Counted from the first letter of the stretch, positions 35,488-45,183 are shown. The stretch: DNA of 64,000 bases from Syntrophomonadaceae bacterium (GCA_003563895.1 PWTK01000029.1:2378-66377), one strand, 5' to 3'. Notes: generated by a model not told the origin, from the letters alone. Program-made: numbers and translations.

Positions 35488-36237
35488 ATGAAAACCATAC
35501 GGAAAATTATCCGGATCGACGAAGAAAAATGTGACGGCTGTGGGCTCTGTGTCCCTTCCTGCCACGAAGGCGCCATCCAAATCATCGACGGCAAAGCTCG
35601 CCTGGTTGCAGAAAACCTGTGTGACGGCCTTGGAGACTGCCTGGGGGAATGCCCCCAGGGAGCCATCACCATTGAAGAGCGAGAAGCGGCGCCCTTCGAC
35701 GAAGAGGCCGTGCAGGAGCACCTGCAAAAAATTTCCTCCCAGGAGCCTGGAGATGGGGAGGGGGAGGAACTTCCCTGTGGCTGTCCCTCCTCCCAGGTGC
35801 GCACCCTCCAGAAGAGGGTTGAGCAGGAGGCGGGGGCAGAAGGGGAGGCCGTTCCATCTCTGCTGCAGCAGTGGCCCATTCAGCTGGCGTTGATACCGCC
35901 CAGGGCAGGGTTTCTTAAGGAAGCCGACCTTTTGATCGCGGCGGACTGTATACCTTTTGCTTATGGGAACTTTCACCGCGACTTTCTGCAGGGCCATGCC
36001 CTCGCTGTGGGCTGCCCCAAGCTCGATGATGCGGATTCCTATGTCGAAAAGCTGACCGAAATCTTCCGCCAGAACGAGATCAAAAAAGTAACCGTTCTCG
36101 TCATGGAGGTGCCCTGCTGTGCCTCCCTGCAGCGCATCGCACAAAAAGCCCTTGACCGTTCCGGGAAAGACATTCCCGCCGAAAAAATCGTGATCAGCGC
36201 GGAAGGAGAAGTGGTGGAAAAGGTAGAAATTACTTGA
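35488..36237 (+). CDS. 4Fe-4S dicluster domain protein with a Cys-containing C-terminal domain
   Basis: 249-aa ORF. N-terminal CDGCGLCVPSCHEGA and CDGLGDCLGECPQGA ferredoxin-like motifs. Confidence 0.75.
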   Translation: MKTIRKIIRIDEEKCDGCGLCVPSCHEGAIQIIDGKARLVAENLCDGLGDCLGECPQGAITIEEREAAPFDEEAVQEHLQKISSQEPGDGEGEELPCGCPSSQVRTLQKRVEQEAGAEGEAVPSLLQQWPIQLALIPPRAGFLKEADLLIAADCIPFAYGNFHRDFLQGHALAVGCPKLDDADSYVEKLTEIFRQNEIKKVTVLVMEVPCCASLQRIAQKALDRSGKDIPAEKIVISAEGEVVEKVEIT

Positions 36238-36371
36238 GGTGCGAAGGGCGTGAGCTGCCTGACTGCAGGAGTAAGGGCATTATTTTCCCGAAATCAGCAG
36301 GGAATGTCCTCCGGGCAGATAACCCACACGATCCTTTGCTCGGCACCAGCCCAAACGAGGAATGACGTTAT

Positions 36372-37208
36372 ATGAACAACGTTTTTTTAAACGGCCGCTA
36401 TCTCAGCTCTGAAAACGCTTTCGTTCCCCTTGAGGATCGCGGGATGCTCTTCGGGGACGGCGTCTACGAAGTCGTCCGCGTTTACCGGGGAACACCCTTT
36501 CTGCTGCGTGAACACCTCATTCGCCTGGGGAAAAGCGCCGCTCACCTGCAGCTGGAGGTGCCTCACTCCATTGCTGAAATGGAACAAATCGTCGACATTC
36601 TCCTCCGCGAGACCGGTATCCAAAGCGGAAAGCTCTATTTCCAGCTTACCAGGGGTGTGGCCCCCAGGAGCCATGAGTTTCCCCGGAACACCCGCCCCAC
36701 CTTTTTTGTCCTGGCCAAGGAGCAAATTTTCGATCACAAGCCCGGCGAAACAGGGGTGAGGACCCTTATTTTTCCCGATGACAGGTGGAACCAGTGCCAC
36801 ATCAAATCGATCAACCTCCTGCCGAACGTGCTCTCCAAAGAGAAGGCCAGGAGAAAAGGTGCGTATGAAGCTCTCTTTTTCCGGCGTGAGGTCGGGATGA
36901 CGGAGGGCTCCTCCAGCAACATTTTTGCCCTGATCGGGGGAGAGTTGGTAACAACCCCGGAAGGTTTTTATATCCTGTCCGGGATTACCAGAAAACAGGT
37001 GCTCCAGTTGGCCCTGGCGAGAAATATCCCTACCAAAGAACGCTACCTGCAAAAGAGCGAGTTAGTACAGGCCGAAGAGGTTTTTTTGACCAGCACCGTC
37101 TATGAAATTACCCCCGTGGTAGAAATAGATGGCCATGTGATCGGCCGGGGGCATCCCGGACCGATCACCCGGGCCCTGCAGGAGGGGTTCCTCCAGTTGC
37201 TGCCCTGA
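36372..37208 (+). CDS. Class IV aminotransferase (D-amino-acid / branched-chain aminotransferase family)
   Basis: 278-aa ORF with DRGMLFGDGVYEV and EGSSSNIF motifs typical of fold-type IV PLP enzymes. Confidence 0.85.
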   Translation: MNNVFLNGRYLSSENAFVPLEDRGMLFGDGVYEVVRVYRGTPFLLREHLIRLGKSAAHLQLEVPHSIAEMEQIVDILLRETGIQSGKLYFQLTRGVAPRSHEFPRNTRPTFFVLAKEQIFDHKPGETGVRTLIFPDDRWNQCHIKSINLLPNVLSKEKARRKGAYEALFFRREVGMTEGSSSNIFALIGGELVTTPEGFYILSGITRKQVLQLALARNIPTKERYLQKSELVQAEEVFLTSTVYEITPVVEIDGHVIGRGHPGPITRALQEGFLQLLP

Positions 37209-37362
37209 ACCTACTGCGGGAAATCATTATCTTTGAAATGAACCGTATTGGGGGCCGATGCTTCGTTCAAACCGTCCCCAGGAGACGCCAAGGCCGATTC
37301 AAGGCCAATTGCCGCTGTGCTGCTATTGAAAGCTTCCTGCCGGTTGGAGGGCACGCGCCGAT

Positions 37363-37398
37363 AAAAAGAGCGGGGGATATATCCCCCGCTCGTCTTTT
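37363..37398. terminator. Bidirectional rho-independent terminator
   Basis: gagcggggga-tata-tcccccgctc flanked by an A-tract and a T-tract. Confidence 0.75.
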
Positions 37399-37449
37399 CC
37401 CAGGAGGGGACCCGGTAGCAGCGCACCGCTTCTTTTGCCGGCCCCGCCT

Positions 37450-37580
37450 CACCCGGATAAGCCGGAACCGTATACGTTGAATGTCAAAATGCCCTTCCCA
37501 AAGGCAGAATAAACAGCTCTCGCGAGTACGCTTGAAAAAGTTATGCCATATTTACAGAGAAATGGAGAACGAGGGGCCTA
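37450..37580 (+). repeat. Repeat family A, copy A4 (its end overlaps the hisG stop codon)
   Basis: cacccggataagccggaacc...ttgaatgtcaaaatgcc...gcttgaaaaagttatgccatatttacagagaaa...ggggcctaa. Confidence 0.7.
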
Positions 37581-38450
37581 AGGGATGATTTTGTTCAAGG
37601 AAAATTCGATGATCCCTTCGGCTCCAGCCTCCTTGGCCTTAAACACCAGGTCCCTCACCAGTTTTTCGCTGACCACGGTCTCTACGGCCACCCAGCCTTC
37701 CTCGTGCAGTTCGGAAATGGTAGGGCGGCGCAGCGCCGGCAGCAGTTCAAGCAATTGCGGCAGATTTTCTTTGCTCACGTTCATTTTCAGGACCACCTTC
37801 TCCTCGGCCATGAGGGCCCCTTCCAGGAGGGTGACGATCTGCCGGATCTTGTTTCTTTTCCATTCCTCCTCCCAGCTTATGGGGTTTGCAATGAAGCGCG
37901 GGGTGGATTCCAGGATGGTCTCCACAATACGCAGGTTGTTGGCCTTCAAGGAACGGCCGGTTTCTGTGAGTTCGGCAATGGCATCCACCAGGGTAGGCGG
38001 TTTTACCTCCGTCGCGCCCCAGGAAAACTCCACCTCTGCTTCAATGTCATGGCGGCGCAAAAATTGCCGCGTGACCTCAACCAGCTCGGTGGCGATCTTT
38101 TTGCCCTGCAGATCTTTAACGCTCTGGATCTCCGAGTCCCGGGGAACCGCGATCACCAGCTTCACAGGCCTCAATCCCTGGCGCGAGTAGGTCAGCTCGG
38201 CTACTTCGACCACCTTTGCTCCCGTTTCCTCGATCCAATCCTTCCCTGATATGCCCACATCAAGGACGCCATTTTCCACATAGCGGGGGATTTCCTGCGC
38301 CCTGATCAGCGTGCAATCAAGCTCTTCATCGTCTACAAAGGGGAAGTAAGAGCGCTCATTCACGTAAATGTTAAAGCCGGCCTTTTTGAAAATGTCGAGG
38401 GTGGTTTTTTGCAGGCTTCCCGCCGGAAGCCCCATTTTAAGCAATTTCAT
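37578..38450 (-). CDS. hisG: ATP phosphoribosyltransferase, long form
   Basis: ORF 37578-38459. LKMGLPAGSLQ...LIRAQEIPRYVENGVLDVGISGKDW plus a C-terminal regulatory domain. Start is ATG 38450 or TTG 38459. Confidence 0.88.
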   Translation of the reverse strand: MKLLKMGLPAGSLQKTTLDIFKKAGFNIYVNERSYFPFVDDEELDCTLIRAQEIPRYVENGVLDVGISGKDWIEETGAKVVEVAELTYSRQGLRPVKLVIAVPRDSEIQSVKDLQGKKIATELVEVTRQFLRRHDIEAEVEFSWGATEVKPPTLVDAIAELTETGRSLKANNLRIVETILESTPRFIANPISWEEEWKRNKIRQIVTLLEGALMAEEKVVLKMNVSKENLPQLLELLPALRRPTISELHEEGWVAVETVVSEKLVRDLVFKAKEAGAEGIIEFSLNKIIP

Positions 38451-38482
38451 GGAGATCAACGCTCCTTCCCGGCGTGCTTTCT

Positions 38483-39856
38483 TTAGCGACCGGCCTTTGG
38501 TTTTGGATAGGATTTCAAAACCTCCACCGTTCTCTGGATCTCTTCTTCCGGCAGGACATAATCGACCAGCTCGCCGTTTAAGTAAGAATCATAGCCCGAG
38601 AGATCCAGCATCCCGTGGCCGCTGAGATTGAAGAGAATGGTCTTCTGCTGCCCTTCCTCCTTCGCCTTCCGGGCCTCCTCGATCACTGCCGCCACGGCAT
38701 GGTTTGTTTCCGGGGCACAGATGAGGCCTTCGGTGCGGGAAAAGATCACTCCCGCCTCGTAAGACTGCAGCTGTCCATAAGCGCGAGCCTCGATCAGGTT
38801 ATCGGTCAGCAGCTGGCTGACCAGGGGGGACATGCCGTGGTACCTCAGCCCGCCGGCGTGGATGGGCTTGGGCATAAAGTCGTGGCCCAGGGTAAACATG
38901 GGCAGCAGAGGTGTCGTAGCAGCGGTGTCGCCGAAATCGTAGGAAAACGGTCCCCGCGTCAGCGTTGGGCAGGCCGTGGGTTCCACCGCCAGCACCTGGC
39001 AATCCTTGCCGTATATTTTATCGCGGACAAAGGGAAAGGAGATGCCGGCGAAATTGCTGCCGCCCCCGACACACCCCACCACCACGTCAGGGTATTCGCC
39101 CAGCGCCTCCATCTGCCTTTGCGCTTCCAGTCCGATGATTGTCTGGTGCAGCATGACATGGTTTAAAACGCTGCCCAGGGAGTACCTGGCATCATCACGG
39201 GTCACCGCTTCTTCAATGGCTTCGCTGATGGCAATTCCCAAGCTGCCGCTGCATTCGGGGTCCTGTTCCAGCATTTTGCGTCCGAAGCTGGTTTCATTGC
39301 TCGGGCTGGGGACGCATTCAGCCCCCCAGGTGTTCATCATCATTCTCCGGTAAGGTTTCTGGTTAAAGCTGACGCGCACCATGAACACCTTGCATTCCAA
39401 CCCGAACATGGCGCAGCCAAGGCTCAAGGCACTCCCCCACTGCCCGGCTCCTGTTTCCGTACAGAGCCGTTTAATGCCGAAAGTCTTGTTGTAATAGGCC
39501 TGGGCGATGGCCGTGTTCGGCTTGTGGCTCCCCGCCGGGCTAACCGACTCGTTTTTATAATAGATCCTGGCAGGAGTGCCCAGGTACTCTTCCAGCCGCC
39601 GCGCCCTGTGAAGCGGGGTGGGCCTGTAAATAAGGAGTTTGTCGAGCACCTCTTCCGGGATATTGATCCATCTCTCCGTACTTACTTCCTGCTCGATGAG
39701 GTTCATGGGAAAAATTTTCGCCAAATCCTCCGGCCCGATGGGCTGACCCGTGGCGGGGTTTAACGGGGGCTGCAGGGGGTTGGGCAGATCGGCCTGAATA
39801 TTGTACCACTGCCTGGGGATCTCCTTTTCCGGCAAAAAAACCTTTTGCTCTTCCAT
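38483..39856 (-). CDS. trpB: TrpB2-type tryptophan synthase beta-like PLP enzyme
   Basis: ORF 38483-39862, with start probably ATG 39856 (6 nt after AAGGAGGAGG). PLP-lysine motif AGSHKPNTA; length and N-terminal extension match the TrpB2 type. Confidence 0.88.
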   Translation of the reverse strand: MEEQKVFLPEKEIPRQWYNIQADLPNPLQPPLNPATGQPIGPEDLAKIFPMNLIEQEVSTERWINIPEEVLDKLLIYRPTPLHRARRLEEYLGTPARIYYKNESVSPAGSHKPNTAIAQAYYNKTFGIKRLCTETGAGQWGSALSLGCAMFGLECKVFMVRVSFNQKPYRRMMMNTWGAECVPSPSNETSFGRKMLEQDPECSGSLGIAISEAIEEAVTRDDARYSLGSVLNHVMLHQTIIGLEAQRQMEALGEYPDVVVGCVGGGSNFAGISFPFVRDKIYGKDCQVLAVEPTACPTLTRGPFSYDFGDTAATTPLLPMFTLGHDFMPKPIHAGGLRYHGMSPLVSQLLTDNLIEARAYGQLQSYEAGVIFSRTEGLICAPETNHAVAAVIEEARKAKEEGQQKTILFNLSGHGMLDLSGYDSYLNGELVDYVLPEEEIQRTVEVLKSYPKPKAGR

Positions 39857-39904
39857 CTCCATCCTCCTCCTTCTTCGTGGTCGTGGTGATTGGCTGCAGC
39901 AGCC

Positions 39905-40228
39905 AAATAAAAAAACCGCCCAATCAGGGACGGGTAAAAGCCCGCGGTGCCACCCACTTTACCCCGGCCGCGGTCTCGCCGGGATCGCTCTGGTTTGGGC
40001 AGAAACCTGGAAGACCAGCCTTCTGGCCCATGTCGGGTAACGGCGACCATCCGTTCCGACCTACTGGCTCAAGAAAATCTCGCTTTCGGCCGGACACCTC
40101 CGGGGCCCATTCGAACGGAGAGAAGGTGCCCGGTTTCCAGCTCCCGGCCTGAGGGCCGGGACCGGGCTCTCTGTTACCCCTCTTCCCGAACTACTACTCC
40201 CCTTCAAGGGTTTTTAGGAAGAAATTTG
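39905..40228 (-). promoter_or_regulatory. T-box riboswitch leader, probable Trp (UGG) specifier, with an intrinsic terminator
   Basis: Minus strand has AGUA and AGAGAG boxes and a specifier-loop context GAA-UGG-G. T-box AAAGUGGGUGGCACCGCGGGC (39939-39959), then hairpin CCGUCC/GGGCGG plus U7 (39908-39935). Confidence 0.85.
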
Positions 40229-40232
40229 TTGA

Positions 40233-40262
40233 TATCGTATCACAGCGCCGAAGGAACTGTCA
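40233..40262 (-). promoter_or_regulatory. Promoter of the T-box/trpB2-hisG transcript
   Basis: Minus strand reads TTGACA (40262-40257), 18 nt, then TACGAT (40238-40233), preceded by an A-tract. Confidence 0.6.
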
Positions 40263-40411
40263 ACTTTTTTTTCGCTCAGCCGGTGGCTGCTCAACCTTCA
40301 ACCTCATTCCGGGTTGTGATATAATTTTTCGTGGGCGGTGAGTTGGCCTGCCATGACGCGGGGAACTGAACACCCTGGAGGGCCCAATCAAAAATGTAGA
40401 GAGGGATCGCC

Positions 40412-41062
40412 ATGTCCGACAACTACCGAGAAGTGCTGGAAAAAGCGCGCCGGGAATTTGCCGAAAAAGAGCCATCGGAAATGGCCTGCCGGACCGCCTC
40501 GTGCTATCAATTTTATCCCCCCCTTTCCATCCGGCGGCTGCTGCTGCCGTACCTGGGACGCTTCTACAGCGTTTCCTGGCCGGACGGCTCGGTTCACCGC
40601 TGGGGAACAGGAGCAGAGGAGGAGGTCTCGTTTTCCACCTCGCTCATCCTCCTCCATTATCCCACTTCATCCTCCGGGCAGGCCCCCCTTGGCAAATGGC
40701 TCAGCTTCAAGGAACTTTGGGGCGGGCGGAGCTATTTTGCGGCCTTTGAAAAAAGGGCCCAGCAGCGCCTGGCCCACTTTTTTCACCGGCAAAAAGAGGG
40801 GGTCTTCCCTGAGGCCATGCAGAAGCTGGGCGGGAAACGGCACAGGGATTACCCCAACGGGTACCTTCTTTTTGCCCTGCCCCGTCTCCCCCTGCTCTGC
40901 CTGCTCCACCGCGGGGACGATGAGGTGCCCACGAGGGCCGTAATACTCTTTGACGAGGCGGCCAACACCCACCTGGAAACGGAAGACCTGGCCGTGCTCG
41001 GCGAAGCCCTGGCGGCAAGAGCGGAAAAGGCATCGGGAGAAGCAAAAGAAAAAGCTGATTAA
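40412..41062 (+). CDS. DUF3786-like protein
   Basis: 216-aa ORF with ATG after GAGAGGGA. Recognised only by overall resemblance to DUF3786 proteins of acetogens and methanogens, so the family assignment is tentative. Confidence 0.5.
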   Translation: MSDNYREVLEKARREFAEKEPSEMACRTASCYQFYPPLSIRRLLLPYLGRFYSVSWPDGSVHRWGTGAEEEVSFSTSLILLHYPTSSSGQAPLGKWLSFKELWGGRSYFAAFEKRAQQRLAHFFHRQKEGVFPEAMQKLGGKRHRDYPNGYLLFALPRLPLLCLLHRGDDEVPTRAVILFDEAANTHLETEDLAVLGEALAARAEKASGEAKEKAD

Positions 41063-41145
41063 GACTGCATTTGAGAACAGGGCGCAGGCGTGAAAAAACA
41101 AGATTGCCCCGAAAATGCACCCCGTTCATTATTCACCCTTTGGCC

Positions 41146-41213
41146 GGAAGGATGAAAATCGATTGCTGTTTGGCGACAAACTTTTGAGCGGCATGTTCTA
41201 TTTTCAGAGTAGC
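41146..41213 (+). repeat. Repeat family C, partial unit
   Basis: ggaaggatgaaaatcgattgctgtttggcgacaaacttttgagcggcatgttctattttcagagtagc matches 42100-42168. Confidence 0.75.
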
Positions 41214-41356
41214 TAACCCTACAGCGAAAGATTGCAGTCAGTGCACTCATGGGGACGGTTCGAACGTCACCGGAGCAAAGCGGAGGATCCGAAGGGAAGA
41301 AGAACGAACCGTCCCTATGGCTATGGAAAAGATAAGCCACTTTTCGCTTTAGACCT
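41213..41356 (+). repeat. Repeat family D, copy D4, with an 11-bp-stem hairpin
   Basis: TIR-like ends (ctaaccctacagcgaaagat / cttttcgctttagacc). Stem gggacggttcg (41252-41262) pairs with cgaaccgtccc (41305-41315). Confidence 0.7.
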
Positions 41357-41481
41357 AAATAGAAAGTTGCTTTGCTTAGAAAAATGCTGGAATCAATCCC
41401 CGGCCGGGGCCTCCCAACACAAAGGGCTCGTCGGGATATTCGGGTGCACGGGTTTCCCGACCGGCAAAGGAGTGAAGTGGT

Positions 41482-41814
41482 GTGATTTCTTATGAAGATT
41501 TTTGGAAAGTGGAAATGAGGGTGGGGAAAATAACCGAAGCAGAAGATTTTCCGGAGGCCAAAAAGCCGGCTTACCGCCTGAAAATCGATTTCGGGGAAGA
41601 AATCGGGGTCAAAAAATCGAGCGCCCAGCTGACCCTGACCTACCGCAAGGAGGAGCTGGTAGGGAGGCAGGTTGTAGCGGTGACCAATTTTCCGCCAAAA
41701 CAGATTGGGGGCTTCATGTCGGAAGTGCTCCTTTTGGGTGTAATCCTGGAAGACGGGAGGGTGCCGCTGCTCCAGGTCGACGGGGAGGTGCCGCTGGGGG
41801 CACGGGTCTCATGA
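41482..41814 (+). CDS. CsaA-like tRNA-binding domain protein
   Basis: 110-aa ORF with GTG after AAAGGAG. DFWKVEMRVGKI...AKKPAYRLKIDFG...SSAQ is typical of CsaA/EMAP-type OB-fold proteins. Confidence 0.85.
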   Translation: MISYEDFWKVEMRVGKITEAEDFPEAKKPAYRLKIDFGEEIGVKKSSAQLTLTYRKEELVGRQVVAVTNFPPKQIGGFMSEVLLLGVILEDGRVPLLQVDGEVPLGARVS

Positions 41815-41874
41815 ATGGCGGGTAAGATAAGCGTTTCCCCCTGACTGACAGGTGTGGTACCCCGCAAATGAGAT

Positions 41875-42168
41875 GAGACATCCATGAAGCTTCGCTTCAC
41901 CATCAGGGGATGAAAATTGACCCGCCCCGGGCAGCGGGTCAATCAAAAGCGACTTGCATTTTCAGATTAGACACCCATGCTCCCCCAAAGTGGGGGCACC
42001 ATCAGAAGGATGAAAATGGGTTGCATTAGCAGCAAACGTTTGTATGAATTTGTTCCATTCTCAGGGTAGACCCTCATGCCCCCACAATACGGGGGCACCA
42101 TCAGAAGGATGAAAATCAATTGCTGTTTGGCGACGGACTTTTGAGCGACATGTTCTATTTCCAGAGTA
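41875..42168 (+). repeat. Tandem array of about 3 units of the ~97-bp repeat family C
   Basis: Units start near 41875, 41967 and 42066. Each has a G/C hairpin (e.g. gccccc-acaatac-gggggc, 42078-42096), then caccatcagaaggatgaaaat and ...gttcYattYYcagRgtag. Confidence 0.8.
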
Positions 42169-42354
42169 GCAGGGCCTTTTTGAGCAAACACCCTCCATAA
42201 CCCGCCGCATCCTGCGAAAGGACCCGCCTCTTTTTGCCGGAAGCCAGGCGGTCGCAGAACCCCCGGTAAGCGGGAAACAATTGCGGCCGACTGGGACGAA
42301 CGACTGGCTTTCCGTGCTGCGTGAACACCTGGACCTCCAGGGGATTATACCCCC

Positions 42355-43116
42355 TTAAGGAAGCTGGCTGGCTGCGCCGTCGCAAAACGCCAGGACGCTG
42401 TCCCCCAGGGATCGGGCATTGTAACCGCCTTCCAGCACGGCAAACAGGCGCCCCCTGCACTTTTCTTTTGCAAAAGCACCCAACAGCTCCCCCATGGAGC
42501 CGTAATCTTTTGTATGCAGCATGCCGCCCCAGTCGTTCACATGGCGGTCAAAACCGGCGGAAACCGCCACAATATCGGCCTCCGCTTTTTGCAGGTAGCT
42601 ATCCAGGTTGCTCACAAAGGAACTGCTGTTGGCGCCCTTCACATGCCAGAACGAAACGGCGGGATTGCCGGTAAAAATGTTGGAAGTACCGTCTCCAAAG
42701 TGCAGGTCGAAATCGATGATTAAGGCCTTTTTGACAGATTTTTCATACAGCAGCTTTTCCAGGGCAATGGCCACGTTATTGAAATAACAAAAACCCCAGC
42801 AGGAAGAGGGGCTGGCGTGATGACCGGGCGGCCGGCACAGGGCAAAAGAGGCGCGGCCGGCCAAAGCCAGCGCTGATGATTTAATGGCCGCACCGGCTGC
42901 CAGCAGGGCCATGCGGTAAACCGGGGAGTCCATGCGCACATGCTCCAGGTGGCCGGGAGTATGAACCCGGAGCACATCTTCTTCGCTGCAAGGAAATGGC
43001 GTAACAAAGGGATACTTTCCCTGCAGCAGATTTAGGGCGTGGTCCAACCTGCCGGGAGAAGCTGCCGGATCGCTGGTATACGTCTCGCGAAATAATTCGT
43101 GGAACACGATTTTCAT
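42355..43116 (-). CDS. Compact histone-deacetylase/AcuC-family deacylase
   Basis: 253-aa ORF with motifs RPPGHHA, DFDLHFGDGT, GFD and EGGY. Confidence 0.85.
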   Translation of the reverse strand: MKIVFHELFRETYTSDPAASPGRLDHALNLLQGKYPFVTPFPCSEEDVLRVHTPGHLEHVRMDSPVYRMALLAAGAAIKSSALALAGRASFALCRPPGHHASPSSCWGFCYFNNVAIALEKLLYEKSVKKALIIDFDLHFGDGTSNIFTGNPAVSFWHVKGANSSSFVSNLDSYLQKAEADIVAVSAGFDRHVNDWGGMLHTKDYGSMGELLGAFAKEKCRGRLFAVLEGGYNARSLGDSVLAFCDGAASQLP

Positions 43117-43209
43117 TCTCTGCGGTGTAAGAAGACCTTCCCCCTTTCTTGATGAATACCTCGTATACTTACATAGCCGCTGCGGCGAGTCTGCGGGCAG
43201 CGGTCATGT

Positions 43210-44349
43210 TCAGTACTCTTTTATTTCTTCCTCCCCCCTTAATCCCCGGAGTGCCCCTTCGGCCAGGGCCTGCATTTCATTATCCTGGATGATGCGCAGA
43301 GGCCCCAGAAAAGCAACCCTTTTTTCAATCCCTTCCATCACCCTCTTTGACCCCGTCATCGCTCCCGTTAAAATAACCGCATCCACTTTTCCTTCCAGCA
43401 CCGTTGACATTGCACCGATCTCCTTGGCCACCTGGTAAGCCATGGCTTCAATTGCCCGGCCTGCTTCCTCTGAACCTTCCTGTGCCCACTGCTCGACTTC
43501 GCGGAGATCGCCTGTGCCCAGGTAGGCAATCAGCCCTCCCTGTCCCACAAATCTTCGGCGCAGCATTTCCCTTGAATCCTGGAGACACTGTTGAAAAGTT
43601 TCCAGGGTTAATTCAGGCTGGGAAGAAGCGGAATATTTTTCTTCCAGATATGCCAGCACGTAATCCACCACGTTTAAAAGGGGCAGCACCCCCGTTCGTT
43701 CGGGAGTAAAAGGACCCTCGCTCAGGCCGTGGCTGGCATCGACCACCCTTCCCCGGAGGTGTGCCCCTACCGTGATCCCCCCGCCCAGGGGCGCTACGAT
43801 GAAATTGCTGCTGCCGTATTCCAGTCCCATCTCGGCAGCTGCCTGCCGGGCCGCCGCTTTTTGGCTCAGGGCATGGAAGGCACTGCTGCGCTCCATCAGG
43901 GGAGTGCCCGAAAACCTGGCCAGGTCGGAAAATTCATCAGTGCTGGGAGGGTCAACGGTCAGGGCAGGACACGAAAAGCGTTCCGCAAGCCGGTACGCGA
44001 TTACCGGGCCCAGCGAGGAAGGATGACTGCCGTGCCGTTCCGAGAGGAGATCCCGGCACATTGCTTCGTTGATGTTATAAACCCCTGCCGGCAGCGGCTT
44101 CATAAGCCCTCCACGGCTTACAACCGCCGACCAGGAAACTTTTTCCCCACCGTAGAGCTGCAGAAAACCGGTAACCTGATCCTCCCGCCTTTCCAATTGA
44201 TCCTGGAGACCGGCGCCGCTTTCGAAATCGAATTTATCTTCTGCCACCACCTCTTCTTCTCTAAAAATGGCCACCCGACTTGAAGTCGACCCGATGTTCA
44301 GGACAAAAAGCAGGTTTCCTCTGGACTGGCCAACATTGGAATCAGACAT
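43210..44349 (-). CDS. buk: Butyrate kinase family (acyl-phosphate:ADP phosphotransferase)
   Basis: 379-aa ORF. N-terminal VLNIGSTSSRVAIF is the ASKHA phosphate-1 motif; length and sequence are butyrate-kinase-like. Confidence 0.85.
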   Translation of the reverse strand: MSDSNVGQSRGNLLFVLNIGSTSSRVAIFREEEVVAEDKFDFESGAGLQDQLERREDQVTGFLQLYGGEKVSWSAVVSRGGLMKPLPAGVYNINEAMCRDLLSERHGSHPSSLGPVIAYRLAERFSCPALTVDPPSTDEFSDLARFSGTPLMERSSAFHALSQKAAARQAAAEMGLEYGSSNFIVAPLGGGITVGAHLRGRVVDASHGLSEGPFTPERTGVLPLLNVVDYVLAYLEEKYSASSQPELTLETFQQCLQDSREMLRRRFVGQGGLIAYLGTGDLREVEQWAQEGSEEAGRAIEAMAYQVAKEIGAMSTVLEGKVDAVILTGAMTGSKRVMEGIEKRVAFLGPLRIIQDNEMQALAEGALRGLRGEEEIKEY

Positions 44350-44355
44350 TTCTTT

Positions 44356-45168
44356 TCACGCCCCCAAAGCCGAGGCTGCCAGAGCAACCTCTACGTGTTT
44401 ATGCGCCGGGGAGATAAAAGAGGGATGGATCACCAGCGGTACGGGAGCGCCGAGCAGCACTCCGGCCGTGGGCATTTTCCCCAGCCAGGAAAAAAACTGG
44501 GAAAGGGCGTAAGCCGATTCAATATCGGGACAGAGCAAAATATCCACTTCCCCCGGCACATTTGATTTTATCCCTTTGCGGAGAGCTGCCTCGCTGGAGA
44601 GCGCCGTATCGATATCCAGGGGCCCCTCTACCTCCGCGCTAAACTGACCTCGCTGGCCCATTTTTGACAAGGCGGCGGCTTCTACGGTCGAAGGGAGGGC
44701 CGGATTTACGGTTTCCAGCGCCGAAAGGGCCGCCACCAGCGGGTTTGTCATGCCAAGCTTCGCTGTCAAGCCCAATACCTGCTCCAGGATATGGATCTTT
44801 TCGCGCAGCGTAGGGAAATTGTGAATGTACGTGTCCGCGGCAAAGAGGAGTTTTCCCCGCCGGGAATCTTCAAAGACCGAAACAAAGCACAACCTTCTAA
44901 GATCGACGCCACACTCTTTAATGATTACCGTCCAAAAGTCCTCCAGGGACATTCCGCCCTGCACCAAAACCCCGGAGCCTGCTGTAAAAATTTCCTGAAA
45001 CGCTTTTTTTACCGCCTCTTCAGGCGATGCGCCCCCCTCTTCTTTCACCAGGTAACCGCTGCCTTTCAGCTCATTCACCAGTAGAGCCTGGTCATTTTGG
45101 GGGGGAGGGGCAAAAATCACCGCTTCGCCCTTTGCAGTTGAACGGAGGATTTCGGAAAATGTTTTCAT
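44356..45168 (-). CDS. Phosphate acyltransferase (PTA_PTB family) paralogue
   Basis: 270-aa ORF that resembles the C-terminal two-thirds of phosphate butyryltransferases. 6-nt gap to buk. Confidence 0.7.
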   Translation of the reverse strand: MKTFSEILRSTAKGEAVIFAPPPQNDQALLVNELKGSGYLVKEEGGASPEEAVKKAFQEIFTAGSGVLVQGGMSLEDFWTVIIKECGVDLRRLCFVSVFEDSRRGKLLFAADTYIHNFPTLREKIHILEQVLGLTAKLGMTNPLVAALSALETVNPALPSTVEAAALSKMGQRGQFSAEVEGPLDIDTALSSEAALRKGIKSNVPGEVDILLCPDIESAYALSQFFSWLGKMPTAGVLLGAPVPLVIHPSFISPAHKHVEVALAASALGA

Positions 45169-45183
45169 TGTTTTAGAAATGCC

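Noticed and set aside
41252-41275. GGTTCGAAC motifs in repeat D (also at 32727-32745) looked like tRNA T-arms
   Set aside because: Flanking sequence does not form acceptor, D or anticodon arms. The motif is part of the repeat-family hairpin. I recognised no tRNA genes in the window.
41875-42168. Considered whether the tandem repeats are a CRISPR array
   Set aside because: The period is about 97 bp with the whole unit conserved (no unique spacers), there are only 3 units, and the same unit occurs singly elsewhere. This does not fit CRISPR repeat-spacer architecture.
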